Below the pieces are notes generated by a model. It ran no database searches and had not been told where the DNA came from. It saw only the letters and a program-made list of their open reading frames with translations. Shown here one piece after another: positions 35,432 to 42,098 of a DNA stretch of 42,098 nucleotides. The stretch spans positions 1 through 42,098 of the forward strand of contig JAWOBF010000074.1 in NCBI GenBank assembly GCA_046498225.1. Direction: 5' to 3'. Both the position numbers and the translations under genes were made by a program. Each line of letters begins with the position of its first letter. Position 1 is the first letter of the stretch. The stretch is from Candidatus Aegiribacteria sp. (lineage in GTDB: Bacteria > Fermentibacterota > Fermentibacteria > Fermentibacterales > JCC-6).

Positions 35432-35905
35432 ATGAGAGCGATAACGCATATCGCGGCAGGCGCGGCTGCGGCCGCTGTGGCGCAAGAGGTTCTCCAGCCG
35501 TCGGCGGGACTTGGAATATTCCTGTTCAGCGGGCTGCTGGACGTGGACCATGTTCCCCATTTCGTCTCTTCCGGCCTTCCGGCCAGGCCCTCGGCCCTGC
35601 TGCGAAGTGTCTACAGCAGCGAGGAGCAGCTGGAGAGCAGGTACCCGGTGAGAAGGTCCGTCCCGGTTAACGTGCTGTTTCCGGCCCTGCACTGTGTGGA
35701 ACTCGTCCTTCTGCTTGCCCTGGCCGGTTCCATCATGAACTCGGCCTTTCTCACGTGGGGGGCGGCGGGCATGGTCCTTCACCTGCTGATGGACATGGGA
35801 AGCTATCCGTGCACTCCTGGTTTCTTCAGTATGACCTGGCGGGTCCTGAACCGCCGAAGGCTTCTATCGGCCTGGAAGAAACACCGCTCCGGAATTGACT
35901 TCTGA
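35432..35905 (+). CDS. Inner-membrane metal-dependent hydrolase-like protein (YdjM-like)
   Basis: TH, LLDVDH, LH..E and HLLMD motifs among hydrophobic helices. Confidence 0.6.
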   Translation: MRAITHIAAGAAAAAVAQEVLQPSAGLGIFLFSGLLDVDHVPHFVSSGLPARPSALLRSVYSSEEQLESRYPVRRSVPVNVLFPALHCVELVLLLALAGSIMNSAFLTWGAAGMVLHLLMDMGSYPCTPGFFSMTWRVLNRRRLLSAWKKHRSGIDF

Positions 35906-35911
35906 TACCTT

Positions 35912-36841
35912 TTATTCCACCAGTATCCAGTTGGAGTATCCGCCGATCTTTCTGCCGATGAGCCTCTCCAGAAAGGAGTGCATCCTGCACCGGAGCCGAA
36001 GATGCTCATGGTCGGGAGGATGGTCCGGGTCCGAGTAGTCCTCGGCCTTCCAGTCCTTGTTCTCTATCCTCTGTTTCATCACCGCGGGATGGGTGCCCCT
36101 GAAGAGGGGTATCCTGTCCAGGGGGCCGTAGTCCCAGGGCCTGCCGGGGTCGCTGTGCCTTTTCCTGACCCATTCCTGGTCGTGATGAAGGCTGTCAAGG
36201 GCGATCTGCTTCCGTCTCATCACTTCGGGATGCCTCACCCATCCGTAATGGTATATCCAGGCCCCGCAGTCGGCCACCCTGAGTTTGCGGCCATCCCTGC
36301 GGAAGCTCTGGGCGCTCCTGTAGCTCCTGATGCCCCTGCCGTTCTTTACAGCCCTTATGTCCCGGTCGTACCAGTTGTGTCCCCGGTGGACCCTGTCGTA
36401 GCTGCCCCAGAAGTGGTTGTAATGGAAAAGAAGGCCGTCCACGTCTTCCCGGTCCCCGTACTTTTCCATGGCCCCGGTAATCCTCCCGAAATCATCTTCA
36501 TGTATGAGCTCGTCCGCCTGCAGGTAGAGGCACCAGGGGAACCTGCAACGGTCCAGGGCTATGTTCGTCTGGTCCGCGTTGGTGGCGCCCGCCACGAACC
36601 TGTCCGGATTCCAGTCGGTCTGAATTATCCTGATCCTGGGGTCATCTATGCTCCATATGACTTCCATTGTGTCGTCGGTGCAGTCCCCCACGTTCACCAC
36701 GTACTCATCGACGATGGGCAGAGCCGACCTGATGGATTCCTCGATGGGGTAGTCCAGCCTGACGGCGTCCCGCACGAACGTAAAACCGGAGATCTTCACT
36801 TCTCTGGACAGGTCGTCCTCCCTTCCCGCTGGAAGGAACAT
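35912..36841 (-). CDS. Glycosyltransferase family 2 protein
   Basis: ISGFTFVR.A..LDYP..ESIRS.LP.VDE, D.T, LQADE, HYGWVR. Confidence 0.85.
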   Translation of the reverse strand: MFLPAGREDDLSREVKISGFTFVRDAVRLDYPIEESIRSALPIVDEYVVNVGDCTDDTMEVIWSIDDPRIRIIQTDWNPDRFVAGATNADQTNIALDRCRFPWCLYLQADELIHEDDFGRITGAMEKYGDREDVDGLLFHYNHFWGSYDRVHRGHNWYDRDIRAVKNGRGIRSYRSAQSFRRDGRKLRVADCGAWIYHYGWVRHPEVMRRKQIALDSLHHDQEWVRKRHSDPGRPWDYGPLDRIPLFRGTHPAVMKQRIENKDWKAEDYSDPDHPPDHEHLRLRCRMHSFLERLIGRKIGGYSNWILVE

Positions 36842-36933
36842 ACGCCTGACCGCCGGTTAACTCAAGGAACCCGCCATGTTGCCGCGCGGTCAGGCCGGTC
36901 TTATTATCCCTGACTGGATGGAAGGGAGATGCA

Positions 36934-37686
36934 ATGGACCTTTCGCTGGTAATAACAGCCAGGAACGAGGAACGCGACATCGAAAGGTGCATTCGCAGCG
37001 TACCCTTCGCTGACCGCGTAATCGTGGTGGATTCCGGGAGTTCCGACTCCACGGTGGAGGTCGCCCGTTCCCTGGGCGCCAGGGTCTACAGCCACGAATT
37101 CACCGGCTTCTCCTCACAGAAACAGTGGGCCGCCGACCGCGCCGAAACCGGCTGGATACTGGCGCTGGATGCCGATGAGTATCTGAACCCGGAGCTGGCC
37201 GGGGAGATACCGGGGGCGATAGCGAAAGATGAAGATTACAATGGTTATACCCTTCCCTTCCGGGTTCTTTACATGGGAAGACTGATGCGCTTCGGTCCAT
37301 GGTCCGGCGAACGCCATCTGAGGCTCTTCAGGAAAGGCATGGCCCGTTACGGCAGTTCATCCGTGCACGAGGGACTGGTGCTGGAAGAGGGGAGGCCGGG
37401 ACACCTGAAGAATGGTTTCGTCGTGCACGAATCCTACTCATCGGTTACCGAACAGGTGGACAAGATGAAGGAATACGCCGTGCTGTGGGCTTCGGAGCGC
37501 AGCGGCAGAGGTGAGGCGTCATCCTGGCACAGGATCGCTCTTAGACCCTTCTGGCGGTTCTTTTCCGGTTACTTCCTCAGGGGCGGATTCCTCGAGGGGG
37601 TGCCAGGGCTCGCCGCCTCTGCCGTATCGGCCTACTACGTCCTCCTGAAATGGCTTCTGCTGTATGAGAAAGGCAGGCAACAATAG
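36934..37686 (+). CDS. Glycosyltransferase family 2 (WaaE/KdtX-like)
   Basis: NEE..I..C..S, VVDSGS.D.T, WIL.LDADE, RLFR, VHE, GFL.G..G. Confidence 0.88.
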   Translation: MDLSLVITARNEERDIERCIRSVPFADRVIVVDSGSSDSTVEVARSLGARVYSHEFTGFSSQKQWAADRAETGWILALDADEYLNPELAGEIPGAIAKDEDYNGYTLPFRVLYMGRLMRFGPWSGERHLRLFRKGMARYGSSSVHEGLVLEEGRPGHLKNGFVVHESYSSVTEQVDKMKEYAVLWASERSGRGEASSWHRIALRPFWRFFSGYFLRGGFLEGVPGLAASAVSAYYVLLKWLLLYEKGRQQ

Positions 37687-37714
37687 GGAAGCCAGCCATC
37701 ATCATCCGTGACCG

Positions 37715-40270
37715 CTACGGTTCGCGCGCCGGAGGGAACCGGTCCAGCACCACCATGGTCCCCGGAGCCGCCTGAACGCTGCCCGCGGCCTCGCTGCTTC
37801 CGGGAACATACAGGTGAAGTGTGGATTCACCGTCCCCCGGAAGACCGAAGTGCAGGATACCGCTGTTCTGGCTGGTGGTTCCGCTGCCCCCCTCTATCTG
37901 CCGCATCAGTGTGGTGTCGCCCTGCTCCAGCACCACCGTGCAGCCTATACCCGAGGGATTGCAGTCCTCCGGAGGGACCACCCGGACCAGTAGCCAGTAA
38001 CCCTCTTCGGTGGTATTGGTCAGCAGCACCGGTCCATCTCCTGAACCCACGGCCAGGTCCAGTCTTCCATCAAGGTTGTAGTCCGCCGCCGCGGCTCCCC
38101 ACCCGTTGAAAACCCTCGCTCCGGAAAGCCAGGTGACGTCCCGGAAGGTTCCGTCCCCCATGTTCAGATACAGGAAGCTGCGTCTGTCGGGATAGACGGA
38201 CGTCACGAAAAGGTCCAGCAGGCCGTCATTGTTGAAATCCCCCCACACCGGGCTGGAATGGGTCTCCTCGAACTTGATTCCCGCCTCGGCCCGAATATCG
38301 GTGAAATCTCCCCCGTCGTTACGGTAGAGCATGCTCCTGTCGGAGAAGGTAATGTAGCGTGGATGGGCCAGGTTGGCTGAGAACAGGTCCCAGTCGCCAT
38401 CGCTGTCCGGGTCTCCCCAGGCGCTGCCTATGGTGTGACCCCACCAGCCCTCCGTCCGCTTCCCGGCCAGCCCCAGATGGATGGCCGAGTTGACCGCGAA
38501 ACCCTCGACGTTCTCCCACAGCAGGTTTTCCTGAAGCCTGTAATTGGAGACAAAGATATCCATGTCCCCGTCCCGGTCGAAGTCGCAGGGACTTACTCCC
38601 CTTCCGCAGAGTTGCTCCCCCAGGAAGGGGATCATTCCCAGGCTGTCACCCGCCTCCCGGAAGCCGCCGGCGCTTCCCAGATAGAAGGCGTCGGCCGTAC
38701 CCGAGCCCATTTCGCCGGGAATTTCGTAGCTGGCAAGGTAGAGGTCCAGCCATCCATCGGCGTTCCAGTCCAGCAGGGCGGCCCCCTCCACGGAGGCCCC
38801 GGTCCTTTCGATGCCGATGTGTTCGGTGGCTTCCACCATCCAGCCGTCATCGCTGAGGAAGACCTGTACCGGGTTGCCGGACGTTACCAGGTCCGGGTAT
38901 CCGTCCCTGTCCAGGTCGCCCCAGACGCCTCCGTTGCCCCGGCAGCTCTCCAGTCCGGCCTCAGCGGTCACGTCGCGGAAGCCGCCGCCTTCCAGGCTCC
39001 GGTAGAGTGAACTTCCGGCGAAGAGGTCCGGCCTGCCGTCGCCGTTCCAGTCGCACCACGAAACCCTGCTTCCCCGCAGCAGGCTGTCGGGGCCCAGCAG
39101 GGGAGTCACGTCCGCGAACACCGGTCCGGAGTATTCCATGTGTTCCCGGGCCCATCTCACCGGGCTGACCTCGGGCAGCAGTATATCCTCCATGGCTTCC
39201 ACCGCCCGGCCGGTCCATATGTTCTCCACGTCACCCAGTACGGCGGATTCGGCGAAATCCGAAAGGGCCGCCAGAGTGTCGCCCCTGTCCAGCTGTACGG
39301 TGCCCCTGAGCCAGTAGAGGGCCGATCCTGTATTGTAGTCGTTCACACTGAACTCAAGTGAATCCAGCAGAAGGTTGAGGTCCGACAGGGCTTCCTCCTC
39401 TTCCCCGAGGGCCGCCATGGCCTGGAGTTTCCTGAAAAGAAGGCCGGCCTCCATTGCCGGACCGATGAGTTCCCATTCCTCGGCAGGCATGCCGCGGGGG
39501 CGGTAGCCGGCTTCCATTATTTCCAGTCCTCCGGTGGACATCTCAAGCGCTTCAGTCCAGGAGGAGTCCCTGTCGATCAGAAGGGAAGCGCCGGTAAGGA
39601 AGGGCCGGGGGTCATTCGGACAGCAGTCCAGCCAGCGCCGGTGAGAATCCCGCCACGAGGCTGAATCGGCGGTGGCCAGAACCGCCGAGACTGTGTAGCG
39701 CCAGGCCCGGGAGCGCCAGATGTCGGAGTCATCTCCCCATCGGGTGATGAACTCCTGAAGCACTTCCAGCTTCGCCCCCTCATCGTTCCACACAGGATAC
39801 AGGCTCCCGTAGAACTCACTTCCGAGGGCCTGATAAGCTTCCTCCGAATCGGGGAATGAATCCAGGAGCACTCCGGTGAGGCTGTCCGCCAGTATGCTGT
39901 CCTCCAGCATGAAGGATACCTCGATAAGGGACAGGAGATGATCCGCCCGGAAGGTCAGCTGTCCCCTCCACTGACCCAGACGGTCCCTCAGCCCGCCCGC
40001 CGCCAGTTCGGGGAAGTGTTCGGTGGAGACAGCCACGGACTCCCAGAGACGGGTGAAGAGGCCGGGGGAAGGACCATTCTCGAACGCCCTGCTGTAGAGG
40101 GCGGCGGCCATCGAATGATTCCCCGCCCTTTGGAACACCACCGCACGAAGGGAGTCGGTATGAGCAAGCTCCATGGCGGAATCCAGCTCCCTCACCGAGA
40201 GAAGATGCTGAAAACCCGCCGTACCGGGAGTTTCCAGAAGACCGATGATCATGATCAGTATAAATCCCAT
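37715..40270 (-). CDS. CRTAC1-like protein: helical N-terminus + FG-GAP propeller + ASPIC/UnbV-like C-terminus
   Basis: Multiple D(W/L/F)(N/D).DG..DL repeats; GIG..V....G....Q...GSG..SQ....HFGL. Confidence 0.8.
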   Translation of the reverse strand: MGFILIMIIGLLETPGTAGFQHLLSVRELDSAMELAHTDSLRAVVFQRAGNHSMAAALYSRAFENGPSPGLFTRLWESVAVSTEHFPELAAGGLRDRLGQWRGQLTFRADHLLSLIEVSFMLEDSILADSLTGVLLDSFPDSEEAYQALGSEFYGSLYPVWNDEGAKLEVLQEFITRWGDDSDIWRSRAWRYTVSAVLATADSASWRDSHRRWLDCCPNDPRPFLTGASLLIDRDSSWTEALEMSTGGLEIMEAGYRPRGMPAEEWELIGPAMEAGLLFRKLQAMAALGEEEEALSDLNLLLDSLEFSVNDYNTGSALYWLRGTVQLDRGDTLAALSDFAESAVLGDVENIWTGRAVEAMEDILLPEVSPVRWAREHMEYSGPVFADVTPLLGPDSLLRGSRVSWCDWNGDGRPDLFAGSSLYRSLEGGGFRDVTAEAGLESCRGNGGVWGDLDRDGYPDLVTSGNPVQVFLSDDGWMVEATEHIGIERTGASVEGAALLDWNADGWLDLYLASYEIPGEMGSGTADAFYLGSAGGFREAGDSLGMIPFLGEQLCGRGVSPCDFDRDGDMDIFVSNYRLQENLLWENVEGFAVNSAIHLGLAGKRTEGWWGHTIGSAWGDPDSDGDWDLFSANLAHPRYITFSDRSMLYRNDGGDFTDIRAEAGIKFEETHSSPVWGDFNNDGLLDLFVTSVYPDRRSFLYLNMGDGTFRDVTWLSGARVFNGWGAAAADYNLDGRLDLAVGSGDGPVLLTNTTEEGYWLLVRVVPPEDCNPSGIGCTVVLEQGDTTLMRQIEGGSGTTSQNSGILHFGLPGDGESTLHLYVPGSSEAAGSVQAAPGTMVVLDRFPPAREP

Positions 40271-40370
40271 ACGTTCCTTCCCGAGGCGAACTGGTTGACC
40301 GGAATCTAAGATAACATATTATCCGCCGCCGAAGTCAGTCCGCGGACCGGTTCATTCCAGCACTCATCTT

Positions 40371-41693
40371 ATGGAAAGGTCAACTATCAGAATCATCGCG
40401 ATATTCATGTTCCTGCTGGCGATCGCAGGCTGTTCGAGCCATGCCGCCCGAAGGCCCAATGTTCTCCTTGTGCTCATTGATACTCTCAGGTCAGACCATG
40501 TGCACTGCTACGGGTACGATAGGGAAGTGACACCCACGCTGGACAGCCTGGCCGCTGCGGGGACCATGTGGACCAGCGTCCAGGGCCAGGCAGCGTGGAC
40601 CCTGCCCGCCATGGCCACCATCTTCACCGGCCTGACGGAGAGGCAGCACCTCGCCGGCTTCAGGGACGGCAGGCTCTACGGCATGGCGGATGAGCTGAAG
40701 ACACTTCCAGAGATATTCTCCGAGAACGGTTACCGGACATCGGGTTTCTACAACGTTCCCGTAATGACCACCAAGTACGGTTTCACCCAGGGAATGGATT
40801 TCGTGGACCTGCAGGGATGCCGGCTGGCGGTGGACGCCGACGTGATAAACGAAAAATTCCTGGATTGGCTGGATGAGTCAGAGGATCAGGACGCTCCCTT
40901 CTTCGCCGTACTGCATTACTTCGACCCCCATTATCCCTACATTCCTCCGGAGCCGTGGGACGGCCTGTTCAGCGATCCCGACCACCCGCACACCCACTGG
41001 GCATCGGAGCCTTCCACCGTACTCCTGTCCGCCGGCAGCGAAGGTCTCCTGGACGGTGAGGTGATCCGAAGGCTCATCGACCTCTACGACGGGGAAATCG
41101 CCTTCATGGATTCTGAGCTCGGGATATTGATGGAAGAGCTGAGAAGCAGGGGGCTGGACGGTAATACCGTGGTGTTCGTCACGGCGGACCACGGAGAGGA
41201 ATTCCTGGAACATGGAGGTCTTCTTCACGGGTTCACCCTCTTCACCGAGATAACCGGCCTGCCGATGATAGCCTGCGGTCCCGGGATAGAAGAGGGATAC
41301 GTGGATACCGTGTCCGCCGCTCAGATAGATGTGCTGCCCACTCTCCTGGGTCTGGCCGGAATCCGGCACGCGATCGAGGGCGGGGGAGTGGACCTTTCGC
41401 GCGGAAACACTCCGGGAAGGATACTGCCCGCCAGCGGCTTCAGCTCTGACGCGGAGAGCTACCTGACGGTGAGGAGGGATGATGAGATCCTGTTCTGGGA
41501 CTACGTCTCGGGACGGAGCACCATGTTCGACCTCTCGCTGGACCCCATGGAGCAGGATTCACTGGAACCCGACTCATCCCTGCTGTCGGAAGCGGAATGG
41601 TACCGGGCCACCCCACCGGCGGCCGACCCGGATCCGGTCCCGGGTGCGCAGCGCAGGATAGAGGCGCTGCGGGACCTGGGCTACTTCCACTGA
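40371..41693 (+). CDS. Sulfatase-like hydrolase lipoprotein
   Basis: IAGC lipobox; PNVLLVLIDTLR.D, WTLP...FTG, HYFDPH.PY, YDGEI..D, TADHGEEF.EHG, LRDLGY. Confidence 0.88.
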   Translation: MERSTIRIIAIFMFLLAIAGCSSHAARRPNVLLVLIDTLRSDHVHCYGYDREVTPTLDSLAAAGTMWTSVQGQAAWTLPAMATIFTGLTERQHLAGFRDGRLYGMADELKTLPEIFSENGYRTSGFYNVPVMTTKYGFTQGMDFVDLQGCRLAVDADVINEKFLDWLDESEDQDAPFFAVLHYFDPHYPYIPPEPWDGLFSDPDHPHTHWASEPSTVLLSAGSEGLLDGEVIRRLIDLYDGEIAFMDSELGILMEELRSRGLDGNTVVFVTADHGEEFLEHGGLLHGFTLFTEITGLPMIACGPGIEEGYVDTVSAAQIDVLPTLLGLAGIRHAIEGGGVDLSRGNTPGRILPASGFSSDAESYLTVRRDDEILFWDYVSGRSTMFDLSLDPMEQDSLEPDSSLLSEAEWYRATPPAADPDPVPGAQRRIEALRDLGYFH

Positions 41694-41709
41694 CCGGCTT
41701 CCCGCACCT

Positions 41710-42098
41710 CTATATCCGTACGAACCTGACCGAATGCGACCTGCCGCCGGCGGTTCCCCGCACTATGTAGAGGCCGGGAGGTATCTCATTCCCCGAGGGA
41801 TCGCGGCAGTCCCAGGCGAATACATTCCCGTCTGTTTCGGACAGCTTCCTGACAAACCTGCCCGAGATGTCGTAGACGCTTATCTCGGCCTCCTCGAGGA
41901 ACACCGGGGGTACGAGTATCGAGACGGACCCGGCAGATGGATTGGGAAACGCGGATATCGAGAACTCCTCTGTTCCCTCTTCTCCCTCTATGCCCAGGAA
42001 GGTCCAGTAGAAGCGGACCTCATCGAGGATGGGTGACTGGAATTCCGTCTCGGAAGTCATCCCCACCCTGTACTGCAGGTACCTGTGGGTGCTGTCCA
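41710..42098 (-). CDS. C-terminal fragment of a secreted protein with T9SS type-A/FlgD Ig-like tail (5' truncated)
   Basis: Frame open to window edge (DSTHRYLQYRV...); FPNPS...VYDISGR.VR.L....WD.RD.SG..P.G.Y. Confidence 0.8.
   Translation of the reverse strand, partial: DSTHRYLQYRVGMTSETEFQSPILDEVRFYWTFLGIEGEEGTEEFSISAFPNPSAGSVSILVPPVFLEEAEISVYDISGRFVRKLSETDGNVFAWDCRDPSGNEIPPGLYIVRGTAGGRSHSVRFVRI

Overview
GC-rich (roughly 60% by eye) bacterial chromosomal segment with about 34 densely packed CDSs and no recognisable rRNA, tRNA, CRISPR or mobile element. The T9SS/FlgD-like C-terminal tail, 6-bladed propeller lipoprotein, FG-GAP proteins and sulfatase-like lipoprotein suggest an FCB-group anaerobe, possibly Candidatus Fermentibacterota (inference only). 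Housekeeping content includes tldD/pmbA, a GGR-family reductase, GT87, transketolase, ftcD, a GH84-like protein, tandem thyX, groESL, hutH, pdxS/pdxT and cell-envelope glycosylation genes. The standout is a 7-gene operon of about 9.8 kb (16159-26005): a YjbH-like outer-membrane barrel with a coiled-coil tail, a 1507-aa TPR protein, a CglF/GltF-like small protein, an ExbB/AglR-like protein, two ExbD/AglQ-AglS-like proteins and a GltG/AgmX-like TonB protein. It resembles the myxobacterial Agl-Glt trans-envelope motor core but has several atypical features, and it shares an AT-rich divergent promoter region with a secreted FG-GAP/Ig-repeat protein. A near-consensus sigma-54 promoter, rather than CIRCE, lies upstream of groESL. 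All family assignments come from motif recognition, not database searches.
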